Source: a virus (lineage: Duplodnaviria > Heunggongvirae > Uroviricota > Caudoviricetes). Taken from it: a stretch of 23,081 bases of DNA. The number at the start of each line of letters is the position of its first letter. Positions within the stretch are counted from its first letter, which is position 1. The stretch lies in the IMG/VR virus record IMGVR_UViG_2711768067_000018; one strand, given 5' to 3'. Below the pieces are notes generated by a model, which was not told where the DNA came from, made no database searches, and worked only from the letters and a program-made list of their open reading frames with translations. Of this stretch, positions 1 through 9,732 are shown piece after piece. The translations under genes were made by a program, and so were the position numbers.

Positions 1-983
1 ATGAGCGGAAAACCGGCGGCGCGTCAGGGCGACATGACGCAGTATGGCGGTAGCATTGTCCAGGGTTCAGCCGGGGTGCGCATCGGTGCCCCCACCGGCG
101 TGGCCTGTTCGGTGTGCCCCGGCGGGGTGACGTCCGGCCATCCGGTCAATCCGCTGCTCGGTGCAAAGGTCCTTCCCGGTGAAACCGACATCGCCCTGCC
201 CGGCCCGCTGCCGTTCATTCTCTCCCGCACCTACAGCAGTTACCGGACAAAAACGCCCGCGCCGGTGGGGAGCCTCGGCCCCGGCTGGAAAATGCCTGCG
301 GATATCCGCTTACAGCTGCGCGATAACACACTGATACTCAGTGATAACGGCGGCAGAAGCCTGTATTTTGAGCACCTGTTTCCCGGTGAGGACGGTTACA
401 GCCGCAGCGAGTCACTGTGGCTGGTGCGCGGCGGCGTGGCGAAACTGGATGAAGGTCACCGGCTGGCCGCACTCTGGCAGGCGCTGCCGGAAGAACTCCG
501 CTTAAGTCCGCATCGTTATCTGGCGACAAACAGTCCGCAGGGGCCGTGGTGGCTGCTCGGCTGGTGTGAGCGGGTGCCGGAAGCGGATGAGGTGCTGCCT
601 GCGCCGCTGCCGCCGTACCGGGTACTGACCGGGCTGGTGGACCGCTTCGGGCGCACACAGACGTTCCACCGCGAAGCCGCCGGTGAATTCAGCGGCGAAA
701 TCACCGGCGTGACGGATGGTGCCGGGCGTCACTTCCGGCTGGTACTGACCACGCAGGCGCAGCGGGCAGAAGAAGCCCGGCAGCAGGCCATTTCCGGCGG
801 GACGGAACCGTCCGCTTTTCCTGATACCCTGCCGGGTTACACCGAATATGGCCGGGACAACGGCATCCGTCTGTCTGCCGTGTGGCTGACGCACGACCCG
901 GAATACCCGGAGAATTTACCTGCCGCGCCGCTGGTGCGCTATGGCTGGACGCCACGCGGCGAACTGGCGGTGGTGTATGACCG
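1..983 (+). CDS. Rhs-family polymorphic toxin, N-terminal part only (sequence interrupted by N-run at 984-990)
   Basis: Translation begins MSGKPAARQGDMTQYGG...GVACSVCPGG, the characteristic N-terminus of enterobacterial Rhs core proteins as I recall it; the ORF continues without stops to the N-run. The residues after the Ns (LLPNQGM) belong to the other side of the gap and are artefactual. Confidence 0.8.
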
Positions 984-990
984 NNNNNNN
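984..990. other. Run of 7 ambiguous bases (N): assembly gap or masked junction
   Basis: Directly visible as nnnnnnn; a plus-strand Rhs ORF and a minus-strand tail-fibre ORF are both truncated exactly here. Confidence 0.95.
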
Positions 991-1831
991 CTTCTCCCAA
1001 ACCAAGGTATGTGAGAAGACCAGCTACATCCTTTCCACTCAAATTAGTCAGCGTCTCATCCAGTGGCTGCTTACCTGACAGCGCATTGTTAATGGTGGTG
1101 CTGAATTTCGGGTCATTGTTAATGGCCGCGGCAATTTCTTTCAGTGTGTCCAGCGTGTCTGGCGCGCCGTTAATCAGAGCGGTAATAGCGGCCTGAACAA
1201 ACTCAGTGGTCGCAATCCGCGTGGTGTTATTTCCTGCGGCAGGCGTCGGCGCTTTTGGTTCTCCGGTAAATGTCGGATTATGTTTCTGCGCATACTGGGT
1301 ATGAGGATCCTGTGCGGCAATGTGGTTTCTCATCTGGTCATCCACATACAGCTTTAATTCCAGGACTTCATCATCCACGTATTTACGGGTCGCCAGTACC
1401 ACCGACGGGTCGATTTTCAGCGTGATGGCTTCGGTATTCGTGACAACCAGAATCATGCGGATAGTCTGGGTACGACCGCTGCCTTCCTGCAACTGCGGTT
1501 TGTACGTTTCCGGGCAGTTCGCCACCGCAATGAGTACGCCTTCATCATCATAAAGCCCAATCTCACGGATCCAGAATCCGCCCTCGTTCTCAGGGATGAT
1601 TTGCTCCGCAATAATCTGGCTCTGGTTGTTCGGGTCAACACTCAGAAGATTCAGCGGCGCGATGCGTTTCTGGTTAATCAGTTTTGTCTGTGCCGGGTCT
1701 GGTGTCGGCAAGACACCATTCGCATCACCAACGGCCATTTGCGTCAGATTCAGCTTACTGCCGAGCATCGTCGCGTTAGCCAGCCGTGCCGCGCCCTGAT
1801 TAGTCAGAATGGCGTAGTATTTCACTGTCAT
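991..1831 (-). CDS. H: P2-like tail fibre protein H, N-terminal ~280 aa (3' end lost at N-run)
   Basis: Translation MTVKYYAILTNQGAARLA...WIREIGLYDDEGVLIAVAN...EGSGRTQTIRM resembles the conserved N-terminal domain of P2-type tail fibres; it lies immediately downstream of I in the P2 gene order. Confidence 0.85.
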
Positions 1832-2439
1832 GCGTTTACTCTCAGGTTATCAATTAAATGAATGGCCGAGGCCGGGAAATAATCCCCTCCGACAATAATG
1901 GCCTCCGGGGTGTAGGGATAAACCGTCAGGGCGTCACCGTGATAGCATCCCGCACCGGCAAAAATGTTGCCGGTTGTACTTAAACTGATAGCCAGTCCCG
2001 TCAGATGGCGGCTTGCCGGTTTTGCATCAGCAACGAGACGCTCCAGCTCCTGATACATTTCCTCGGTAATACCCTGCTCAAGCACGCCAACAACGATGCG
2101 GAACGTCCCCGGCTCCTCGTTGAGCTGCCACCACTCCCTCACCTCAATCAGATAGCCGAGCGGCTCCACCACACGCCGGATTGCGCCTATAGTGCCCTTA
2201 TGGCAGTGAATGAAATACGCATCGCGGATAACAGCGCGTTTTGTCGCTTCCGGCCACTTATCATCCCAGCGGTCAACAGAAAATGACCACGCCAGCCACG
2301 GCAGCAGATTTGCCGGACAGGTATCCGGGTTCCACAGCTCACGAATACTGACCGGCGTTTTTTCAATTTCCGCACAGGCTTTTGCGGCGGCGACTTCAAG
2401 CAGTGATGAGCCGGTCGGCAGCAGGCGCGAATCACTCAT
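1828..2439 (-). CDS. I: Baseplate assembly protein I
   Basis: 203-aa ORF in the P2 gpI position; its start overlaps the J stop (2432-2439) and its stop overlaps the H start, consistent with translational coupling. Confidence 0.85.
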   Translation of the reverse strand: MSDSRLLPTGSSLLEVAAAKACAEIEKTPVSIRELWNPDTCPANLLPWLAWSFSVDRWDDKWPEATKRAVIRDAYFIHCHKGTIGAIRRVVEPLGYLIEVREWWQLNEEPGTFRIVVGVLEQGITEEMYQELERLVADAKPASRHLTGLAISLSTTGNIFAGAGCYHGDALTVYPYTPEAIIVGGDYFPASAIHLIDNLRVNA

Positions 2440-3340
2440 CCGAGCCTCCGGTCACGACGCGGTATTCGGTACAGAAAGACGCCTGCGTACTGTTGAGCAC
2501 GATGTCGGCCAGTGGTGCAGCCAGTTCGACACGCTGCACACCTTCCACATGCAAAGCGGCATAAATGGCAGACAGACGGATGTCACGCCCCAGCCGGTGC
2601 TGTGCCGTGATATACGCTTCCAGTTTTTTCACGGCGGCAGCGCGAATGGGTTCGCTTTCGGGACCAGGGTAAAGGTAAAGCGTGGCGTTTATCTGGTATT
2701 CAACGATGGCGGCAGACTGCACGGTCACGCGGTCGGCCACCGGCCTGACATCCTCGCCATTAAGGGCGTTACGTACCACAGCCAGCAGGTCTTCGGATGC
2801 CACACCGTTATTCTCACGTGACAGCACAGAGATGGTGACGCAGGCCGGAGACGGACTGGTGACAGAGATATCCGCGACACGCCCGTCGGCACTGCGACCA
2901 TGATACTGATAGGCACCCACCGACCCGGCGACGCTTAAGCCCTCAAACGCCTGCTGAATACGCAGACGATAATCGGTGTCAGACTCCATCACTGCCGGTG
3001 TCGGCGGGATGGTCGAATCATCTGCCGGGGTGATAATCAGGCGTGTGGTGTTGTAATTGGCACCAATCACATCAAGGTCATTACCGGCGGCACAGGCCAG
3101 CATTACCGCCCGTGCGGCCTCATTCACACGCTGACGCCAGATAAGCTCACGATAAGCGTTTTCCTCCAGCAGTTTGACGATAGGCTCGGATTCCAGCATC
3201 AGGGTACGGGCGACCGCCTCCTGCTGGTCTTCCGGGTAAAGGGAAATCAGTGTCGCCTTGCGTTCAGCAAGAATGGTTTCAAAGTCCAGCTCCTCGACCA
3301 CATCCGGTGCGGGTAGCTGGTTCAGGTCGATAATCGGCAT
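2432..3340 (-). CDS. J: Baseplate assembly protein J
   Basis: 302-aa ORF, the size of P2 gpJ, in the W-J-I position. Confidence 0.9.
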   Translation of the reverse strand: MPIIDLNQLPAPDVVEELDFETILAERKATLISLYPEDQQEAVARTLMLESEPIVKLLEENAYRELIWRQRVNEAARAVMLACAAGNDLDVIGANYNTTRLIITPADDSTIPPTPAVMESDTDYRLRIQQAFEGLSVAGSVGAYQYHGRSADGRVADISVTSPSPACVTISVLSRENNGVASEDLLAVVRNALNGEDVRPVADRVTVQSAAIVEYQINATLYLYPGPESEPIRAAAVKKLEAYITAQHRLGRDIRLSAIYAALHVEGVQRVELAAPLADIVLNSTQASFCTEYRVVTGGSDE

Positions 3341-3344
3341 GGTT

Positions 3345-3692
3345 TCAACTCACAGGGATGGTTAACGAAAGTGGCTGGCCGGTGTCGTTGTGCCGGCCGG
3401 TTAACGTGACCGTCATTCGCCCGTCAAAACTGCGCTCAGTGGTGACGGATGACAGGGTGACGCGGGGTTCCCATTTCAGCACCGCCATGTAACAGGCGAC
3501 CTTAATCTGCAACTCAAGCGCCGGGGTCTGCGGCTGGTCAATCATTGACGCCAGCAACGAGCCGTAATCACGACGCATCACCCGTGAGCCGACCGGCGTG
3601 CGCAGGATATCGCCGATACTCTGGCTGATATGCTCAAGGTCAGTGACAGTCAGGCCATCACTGCGATTCATTCCGAGATAACGCGCAGTCAT
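3345..3692 (-). CDS. W: Baseplate protein W (GPW/gp25 family)
   Basis: 115-aa ORF, the size of P2 gpW, between V and J. Confidence 0.9.
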   Translation of the reverse strand: MTARYLGMNRSDGLTVTDLEHISQSIGDILRTPVGSRVMRRDYGSLLASMIDQPQTPALELQIKVACYMAVLKWEPRVTLSSVTTERSFDGRMTVTLTGRHNDTGQPLSLTIPVS

Positions 3693-4324
3693 AGAGGTCC
3701 CCCGGTTGTGCCGCCGCTGTCGCCGGGGTGTTTATGGGTATGCAGTACCTTACCGTTTGATGAGAGTTCACCGCCGGTGTGTTCAATGTTGCCGCGCATC
3801 GTCCCGCCCTTCTGTACTTCCAGCGTGCCGGTAGTCAGTTTGTTAGTGCAGACCACTTCCGGTGTGTCCAGGGTGACACGGGTTGACGCTTTCACCGTGA
3901 CCACCGGTACCGTGGCAGTAACAGAATCAGAAGCCGTCACGCTGGCCGTTTTAATTCCGCTTACCGTGAGTGCACTGGTTTCGGGTTCATACTCAATCAC
4001 CGCCCCGTCAGGGAAACGGATATGCAGGGCATCCGCCGACACAGACGGCGAGGGGTTATCGCCGGAATAAATCCCCGGCAGAACGAACGCCGTGTCGAGT
4101 TCACCGCCCACGGCCAGAATCAGCACCTGTTCCCCCACGGAAGGTGCCCACCATGTGCGCGAACGTCCGGCGCGATGGGTCAGCCACTGAAGCCAGTCGG
4201 TGCACATGCCGCCGGTCTGCACACGGCAGCGACCGGCGTTAAGGTCGGTTTCAACGATAATGCCGGTGCGGATCATGTTGCGCAGTGCGCGCGCGAGTTC
4301 CTGAATATTTGCGAGAGTGTTCAT
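3689..4324 (-). CDS. V: Baseplate spike / assembly protein V
   Basis: 211-aa ORF, the size of P2 gpV, with a Gly/Thr-rich C-terminus; its stop overlaps the W start. Confidence 0.9.
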   Translation of the reverse strand: MNTLANIQELARALRNMIRTGIIVETDLNAGRCRVQTGGMCTDWLQWLTHRAGRSRTWWAPSVGEQVLILAVGGELDTAFVLPGIYSGDNPSPSVSADALHIRFPDGAVIEYEPETSALTVSGIKTASVTASDSVTATVPVVTVKASTRVTLDTPEVVCTNKLTTGTLEVQKGGTMRGNIEHTGGELSSNGKVLHTHKHPGDSGGTTGGPL

Positions 4325-4390
4325 AACGGGAAGGATGCCGCCGGGTCATACCGGCGGCAATGTGACGATGAGGTGTCGGGAATGGCACAA

Positions 4391-4843
4391 CTAACGGTCG
4401 AGGTGCGCCAGAATAATCTCTTCAATCATCTGCACATCCTCACCGGTAAAGCCGAGCAGGGGACGCGCCGGATAATCAATTTTCTTACCGTCTTTCCGGT
4501 TTTCTTCCGACAGACCGAACTGATGCACACTGGCGATTTTCGGTGACTTTCCGCCGTAAAATTCCATTGATGCCTGTTCCGGGCTGGCGCGGATATGCAA
4601 AAAACGACTGGTGATAAGTTTCGCAAACATTTTTCGCTTAACACGACCAGTCTTTTTTCTGGCGCTCTGCTGCTGGCGTGGTGCGTAGGGTGTGCCGTCC
4701 GGGGCTTTCTGTGCCATCACCCGGCGCTGCTGACTCTGCCGCAGACGTTTCGCCAGTTCGGCGCTCAGTCGCCGACGCCCTGACGGTGACAGCGATTCAA
4801 TAAGTCCGGCCAGCCGGTCTTCAAAACGCTTAAACTCATTCAT
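4391..4843 (-). CDS. S: Tail completion protein S
   Basis: 150-aa ORF, the size of P2 gpS, in the R-S position; its start overlaps the R stop. Confidence 0.85.
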   Translation of the reverse strand: MNEFKRFEDRLAGLIESLSPSGRRRLSAELAKRLRQSQQRRVMAQKAPDGTPYAPRQQQSARKKTGRVKRKMFAKLITSRFLHIRASPEQASMEFYGGKSPKIASVHQFGLSEENRKDGKKIDYPARPLLGFTGEDVQMIEEIILAHLDR

Positions 4844-5303
4844 CCCACTTGCTCACCAGTTCGCCATTGATATAAAGCTCCACCGGGCGGGTGACCGGCT
4901 CCGGCGGCGGAGGTTCCGGGATATTCTTCACATGCAGTGCGCCGTCCACCTCACTGACCAGCGTGCGCTCGGTCAGCATCAGGCTGATGCTGATATCAAA
5001 GCTGCTGTCATTGTTGATGTCCGCATAAAACGTGAAGCCCTTTTTCTGGCCTTCGTCGGTGGTCATGATGTCGGGCTGATTTTCCCGCAGCCACGCCAGC
5101 ATCGGCACGATGAGCAGGTCAAAATCACCGGTAAAGTCGGTCACAATGACATTGAGCGTGTAACGCTTTTCAAATGACAGCGACGTCGCCAGTGTGGAGG
5201 CAATACTCCCGTTATCCACGAATATCCGCAGCATCTCGGGACTGGTTTTCAGCACCGTGACGGCATCAGTCAGCGCCCTGCGCAGGCTGTCGGGTTTGAG
5301 CAT
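4836..5303 (-). CDS. R: Tail completion protein R
   Basis: 155-aa ORF, the size of P2 gpR, downstream of the lysis genes. Confidence 0.85.
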   Translation of the reverse strand: MLKPDSLRRALTDAVTVLKTSPEMLRIFVDNGSIASTLATSLSFEKRYTLNVIVTDFTGDFDLLIVPMLAWLRENQPDIMTTDEGQKKGFTFYADINNDSSFDISISLMLTERTLVSEVDGALHVKNIPEPPPPEPVTRPVELYINGELVSKWDE

Positions 5304-5556
5304 CGTTTTCGTCCTGACAGTGTTTAATCATTTTTACCTGGCTGGCACAGCGTGCCAGCGCGTTCTCAAGCTGTCGGATATCGGCACTTAAATCGCCGTT
5401 CGTCTCCGGGTCACTGCCCGGCATCGGGCAAAGGCTCACTTTCGGGCAGGCGTTGGCGACAATCACTGGCGTCGGTGCAGGCCGGGCGCTGGTGCAACCG
5501 GCGCACAGCATCAGGCAGGCCAGCGCCGTACCAGCGGCGAAAATCTTCGTTTTCAT
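5266..5556 (-). CDS. lysC: LysC, Rz1-like outer-membrane lipoprotein spanin, nested out of frame in the 3' part of lysB
   Basis: 96-aa ORF starting MKTKIFAAGTALACLMLCAGC (signal peptide with Cys-containing lipobox-like end), Pro-rich mature part; lies inside lysB in another frame as in P2 and lambda Rz/Rz1. Confidence 0.75.
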   Translation of the reverse strand: MKTKIFAAGTALACLMLCAGCTSARPAPTPVIVANACPKVSLCPMPGSDPETNGDLSADIRQLENALARCASQVKMIKHCQDENDAQTRQPAQGAD

Positions 5557-5836
5557 TCAGTAACCTCGTGATGGTTTTCTCGCGCTGTGCTTCACGCTTC
5601 GCCGCGTTCTCCAGTTCCTGACGCAGTGCCACCTGCGCCAGCTCGTTTTTGTCTGCTCTGGTGAGGGCAACATGAAGCTGATTTTTCAGCATGGTGATGG
5701 TCGTCTGCTGCCCGTTGGCGATGTTGTTCGCCCTGTCCAGCGAGGTGCGCAGGCTGGCGTTTTCATGCTTCGCCAGAAACAGACCGGCCACCGCCAGTGA
5801 TAACAACACAACCAGCACAATCATCAGCTTTGACAT
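5411..5836 (-). CDS. lysB: LysB, Rz-like inner-membrane spanin
   Basis: 141-aa ORF with an N-terminal transmembrane segment (MSKLMIVLVVLLSLAVAGLFLA) followed by a charged helical region; P2 lysB size and position. Confidence 0.8.
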   Translation of the reverse strand: MSKLMIVLVVLLSLAVAGLFLAKHENASLRTSLDRANNIANGQQTTITMLKNQLHVALTRADKNELAQVALRQELENAAKREAQREKTITRLLNENEDFRRWYGAGLPDAVRRLHQRPACTDASDCRQRLPESEPLPDAGQ

Positions 5837-6249
5837 GGTTCCCGCCCCTCAAAACGCTGACGACAGGCCGTGCGTATCAACCGGAAGAACACCGACGCCA
5901 CGAGGTAAATCAGCGCGGTAAAAATCCACCCGGCAGCGACCAGCGAGATAAATGTCGCCACCATCACCACCAGAGCTACTGCCCGTCTGCGCCACGGCAC
6001 CGGCTGCAAAAACAGCGACGTGACAATCTTCACGGCCAGCGATTCCGGCGGCAGCTCCCGTCCGTAGCGTTCCAGTACATACTCAGTGGCATACACACCG
6101 ACACCACCGGCAACCACACAGATAACCGTCGCCAGAATCGCCCAGGTGGCGACAAAACTGACGGCCACGCTCTGCGGGTAAATCAGGGACAGTGCCAGCA
6201 TCAGCGCCAGCGACACGTTCAGCATCTGTGAAAGGGATAATTTCTTCAT
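5824..6249 (-). CDS. lysA: LysA, membrane lysis-timing protein
   Basis: 141-aa multi-TM hydrophobic ORF between K and lysB; same size as P2 LysA. Confidence 0.75.
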   Translation of the reverse strand: MKKLSLSQMLNVSLALMLALSLIYPQSVAVSFVATWAILATVICVVAGGVGVYATEYVLERYGRELPPESLAVKIVTSLFLQPVPWRRRAVALVVMVATFISLVAAGWIFTALIYLVASVFFRLIRTACRQRFEGREPCQS

Positions 6250-6263
6250 GGTGTTTACTCCGT

Positions 6264-6761
6264 TTAAGCCGGTACGCCGCCAGCGGTACGCCAGACGGTG
6301 ACCAGTTTTTCCAGTGAATGCTCACGCTGACCGTAACCGGCACCCGGCAGGGACGCCCAGATATTGCGACAGCGTGAAATGGCGCGCTCAATGCGTCCCG
6401 CCCGGATGTCATCCAGTGCACCGCGTTCGCGGATCAACTGAATGGCGAGCCTGTCCTGTGACAACGGACTGAAATCCGGCAGGGCAAGCTGTTTGCGGTA
6501 GTGCGGCCAGAACAGGTAAAGCTGCTGATAGCGACCGGAGGCCGTGGATTTTTCACCGCGACGGTTAAACACCTTCGCCGGTCGGCCATGCGCGAACGGG
6601 TGGTCACTGTAGTCGGTGAAAATTTCCGGCTTTCCGTCCAGTCCGGTGACTATCACGTCATAGCCCCGGTTTTTCGTCAGCGGATGATTCGCCGTCCCTT
6701 CGGACACGGCCAGCATGTCGAGAAAGGCGGCGATATTCTGATGCGTGTTAATTACCGGCAT
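6264..6761 (-). CDS. K: Endolysin K (phage lysozyme)
   Basis: 165-aa ORF, the size of P2 gpK, directly downstream of holin Y; its start overlaps the Y stop. Confidence 0.9.
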   Translation of the reverse strand: MPVINTHQNIAAFLDMLAVSEGTANHPLTKNRGYDVIVTGLDGKPEIFTDYSDHPFAHGRPAKVFNRRGEKSTASGRYQQLYLFWPHYRKQLALPDFSPLSQDRLAIQLIRERGALDDIRAGRIERAISRCRNIWASLPGAGYGQREHSLEKLVTVWRTAGGVPA

Positions 6762-7042
6762 TACGGTTTCCCCCTGCCCTTAAAGCGGCGCTGAATGGCA
6801 ATCTCAATCACCTGATAACCGGCGATACCCAGCATGGAGCCGATGCCGCACACCGCAGGCAGTGACAGGTCAGGAAACTGCACCAGAACAACACCGGCAA
6901 CCATCGAGACAAAACCACCGAGCAACATGCGCCCGATAAACAGACGCGGGGTGATGGGTTCACCACCGGCAAGCACCTTGCCGACAACAATCAGCACCCC
7001 AATCATGAAAAGCGACAGGACGCTTTTTTCTTCTGCTGTCAT
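6761..7042 (-). CDS. Y: Holin Y
   Basis: 93-aa ORF with hydrophobic TM segments and a charged C-terminus (RRFKGRGKP); P2 gpY size and position. Confidence 0.85.
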   Translation of the reverse strand: MTAEEKSVLSLFMIGVLIVVGKVLAGGEPITPRLFIGRMLLGGFVSMVAGVVLVQFPDLSLPAVCGIGSMLGIAGYQVIEIAIQRRFKGRGKP

Positions 7043-7045
7043 GCG

Positions 7046-7249
7046 TTACTCCCACAGATTGACAGTTTCAGCCACGGGCGCGGTCTGAACGTCGGGCAGT
7101 TCGACGGCGGTGCCGTGTGGCAGCACCGCGCCCAGTTCAGCCAGTCCCGGATTTGCGGCGAGCACGGTCTCGACCACGCCCTCAGTGCGCCCGTAATACC
7201 GGACACAAATGGCGTCGAGCGTGTCGCCCTGTAGCGCAAAGGTCTTCAT
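7046..7249 (-). CDS. X: Tail protein X
   Basis: Starting at the internal Met (MKTFALQGDTLDAI...) gives 67 aa, the size of P2 gpX; the ORF-track start 69 nt further upstream (7318) would overlap L. Confidence 0.8.
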   Translation of the reverse strand: MKTFALQGDTLDAICVRYYGRTEGVVETVLAANPGLAELGAVLPHGTAVELPDVQTAPVAETVNLWE

Positions 7250-7758
7250 CAGATTTGACTCACGATGCAGCGCGGCTTGTCCTGGATACGCGCCACCGCC
7301 CAGCGCATATCCCGCCACAGCTCATCAATGGTGCTGTCAATGCTGTCGGCCTTCTTGTCGCCTTTCGCACTGGCATCCACGCCGCGATAACGCTCATAAA
7401 GCGACGCGGTCGCCATCGCACACACGGCGCGCTCGTAGTAAAAAACTTTGATGCTTTCACCGTCGATATCGTCTGCCGGAACGTCTGCCAGACGCGTAAA
7501 ACCGGCGGCAATTTTCTGTTCGCGGTATTCGTACAGCTCCGCATTCGTCTCCGCCATGCCTGACTTGATGGCCTCACGCAGACGGGCGGGGGCGACGGTC
7601 TGCTCAAGGCGCATACGTTCCCGGACGCGCTTCGGGTCGATATCGGGAAAAAAGAACGTGTTTTTAATCACCGGCTCGTCGCCTGCCGGTTGCGGGATGA
7701 CCACCGTACCCTCACCGGACACGGGAGCCTCCTTTCGCGGAATAATCAGCGTCATCAT
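7249..7758 (-). CDS. L: Head completion / capsid stabilisation protein L
   Basis: Start chosen at ATGATG (7758/7755), preceded by AGAGG with a 5-nt spacer; gives 169 aa, the size of P2 gpL. The ORF-track start at 7818 lacks an RBS. Confidence 0.85.
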   Translation of the reverse strand: MMTLIIPRKEAPVSGEGTVVIPQPAGDEPVIKNTFFFPDIDPKRVRERMRLEQTVAPARLREAIKSGMAETNAELYEYREQKIAAGFTRLADVPADDIDGESIKVFYYERAVCAMATASLYERYRGVDASAKGDKKADSIDSTIDELWRDMRWAVARIQDKPRCIVSQI

Positions 7759-7857
7759 GACTACCTCTGAAAAGTCGGGCGGTGGACGCCGGTGCAGTGT
7801 CAGGTGATTCACCCTCACTGACCGGCGTGCCGCCCTGGCGCGGGGCGCATTCGGTTG

Positions 7858-8601
7858 TTAACTGGCTTTCTTTTTCGGGCGTCCACGTTTTGCCGGTGTC
7901 ACGCTCCGGGTCTTACGCGGGGCGCGGGTGGCCGCTTTTGGCTGCGGCTCCGGCTTCGGTTTCAGCTCCCGCTCCAGTCGTTCAATCTCTTTTTTGACGC
8001 CTGCCTGACAGTCGAGCTGTGTCGCACGTTGCAGGTGAGCCAGCGCACCGGCGGCATCACCAGCGTCACGCAGAAACAGACCGGTGATTTTGTGCAGCTT
8101 TGCGCGCACTTCATCAGGCATGTCAGCCGTGGCGGTCAGTTCGAGGGTGTCCGTCAGCAGGCGGGTATCCACAGACTCACCGGCAGCGTGGGCGCGCATG
8201 GCCGCAAGTGCCACCTCCTCGGTGAACATGTACGGCGGGGTGCGGCGGTGTTTACCCGGCATGGTCAGACCGTATTTCAGGGCATAACGGGCAATCTCCA
8301 GCGCACCGGCAATATCGCCGGTATCCAGACGCCACAGCATGAGCGTCATCAGAATGTCATCCTGTGCACCTTTGCCCTGCTCCAGCACACCGTTCACCCA
8401 CGGCAACCAGAACGGCAGCAGTTCGCGCTTTTTCGCGGCCTTCAGCTCTTTTGAATAAATCGCTTTCAGTGTGCGCTGGTCTGCGGCGAGCTTAACCAGC
8501 ATCTGCTCATAGACAGTTGCATGTCGCAGCGGGGCGGCTTCCCGCTGCGCGGTCATCGCTGCCGAGACCCGCATCATGTGGCGCTGTGCGGGACTCGTCA
8601 T
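7858..8601 (-). CDS. M: Terminase endonuclease (small) subunit M
   Basis: 247-aa ORF, the size of P2 gpM, with a basic Lys/Arg/Pro-rich C-terminal tail; follows capsid gene N. Confidence 0.85.
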   Translation of the reverse strand: MTSPAQRHMMRVSAAMTAQREAAPLRHATVYEQMLVKLAADQRTLKAIYSKELKAAKKRELLPFWLPWVNGVLEQGKGAQDDILMTLMLWRLDTGDIAGALEIARYALKYGLTMPGKHRRTPPYMFTEEVALAAMRAHAAGESVDTRLLTDTLELTATADMPDEVRAKLHKITGLFLRDAGDAAGALAHLQRATQLDCQAGVKKEIERLERELKPKPEPQPKAATRAPRKTRSVTPAKRGRPKKKAS

Positions 8602-8604
8602 CGG

Positions 8605-9678
8605 TTACGCTCCCGACTCTGCGGTCGCCTTAGCCGGTGTGGAGAAATCACCGACCTTGATTTTTTCCACCAGACAACCGGCGGCGTAGTCTTCCACCAC
8701 GTAATCAATGTTCATTGACTCGTAGTTCTCCACGCGGTCGAGTTTCGGGTTTTCCACAATCACGCGGCGATGGCTGTCATCCATGTAGTAGATGGACAGG
8801 TTTTCCAGCTTCGTGATGAGCATCGCATCCGCCGGGAAGTACGGGACGCGTACCGCCGGCAGGTTACCGATGCGTTTCTGGCTGATGATGACGTCAGCGG
8901 CCAGCATTTCGCTGTTGTCCTGCTCCTTGTTGACGATGGGAAAATACTTGTCCGCCAGTAGCTGACGTCCCACAATCACCACAAGGTCAGGGTCTTCCTG
9001 ATACCACGGCTCAATCAGGTTGTTGGTCGCATCCATCACCAGTGCGTCAAGGCTGGCATAATCACCGCCCTTACCCACGCGGATAACCTCAGAGGTGGTG
9101 TGCCCTTCCTCGTCAGTGACCTTGCTCATCACGCGCGCCGGTGCTTCATTGCGGTATTTCTGCAGCCAGCCGACCGCCACATCCTGTAGCATCGGATTAC
9201 TGCTGCGGTCAGAGGTTTCGGCACGCCTCACGCCGTTAAAACCGGCCATGATGAAATCAAGGGACTGGCGTTTGATAATGGCGTTACGGACACGGAGCTG
9301 GAAATCCTGATAACGCGCCCACAGGTCAAGCGTTTTGTAGCGGATATAAAAATCGAAGTTAATCTGGTCGCATTCGTACTTGTTTGACGCCAGCTTCGAG
9401 AAGTCCTTCGGCTGACGCTCGGTGCCACCGGCGGTGTCGGTGGTGCTGGCGATGGAGCCGGTGACACCAATACCAATTTTTTCCCCTTTCATTTCGCTGA
9501 CCGGCACAATATTGATGCGGGTCAGAAAATCAGAGGACTCCTGCATGGTGTTCATCAGGGTCTGGGTGACCGACGGTTCAACGGTGAATTTTTTCGACAC
9601 ATCACCGGCGTCGATGCCGTTCAGTTCGGCAACACGGGACAGGTAGGCATTAAATTTAAAGCGGGTTTCCTGGCGCAT
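8605..9678 (-). CDS. N: Major capsid protein N
   Basis: 357-aa ORF, the size of the P2 gpN precursor, between O and M. Confidence 0.9.
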   Translation of the reverse strand: MRQETRFKFNAYLSRVAELNGIDAGDVSKKFTVEPSVTQTLMNTMQESSDFLTRINIVPVSEMKGEKIGIGVTGSIASTTDTAGGTERQPKDFSKLASNKYECDQINFDFYIRYKTLDLWARYQDFQLRVRNAIIKRQSLDFIMAGFNGVRRAETSDRSSNPMLQDVAVGWLQKYRNEAPARVMSKVTDEEGHTTSEVIRVGKGGDYASLDALVMDATNNLIEPWYQEDPDLVVIVGRQLLADKYFPIVNKEQDNSEMLAADVIISQKRIGNLPAVRVPYFPADAMLITKLENLSIYYMDDSHRRVIVENPKLDRVENYESMNIDYVVEDYAAGCLVEKIKVGDFSTPAKATAESGA

Positions 9679-9732
9679 AGTTATTCCTGAAATTAAGGGT
9701 TAATCGTGAAGGTTTTCCTGGACTGACGCCGG

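Noticed and set aside
991-1014. C-terminal LLPNQGM tail of the Rhs ORF and the minus-strand ORF extension from 701 to 990
   Set aside because: Both read through the N-run; sequence beyond the gap belongs to a different gene and the fused translations are artefacts.
2210-2821. 203-aa plus-strand ORF, one example of many long ORFs antisense to the phage structural genes (others at 4022-4546, 7855-8454, 10788-11498, 12012-12461)
   Set aside because: These lie on the strand opposite to genes with clear P2 synteny and are typical of stop-poor frames in GC-rich DNA; no RBS or independent support.
4325-4420. Possible late-promoter dyad upstream of V (TGT-N10-ACA on the minus strand)
   Set aside because: Spacing is 10 rather than the 12 expected for the P2 late-promoter element (TGT-N12-ACA, as I recall it) and the half-sites are imperfect; cannot be called by eye.
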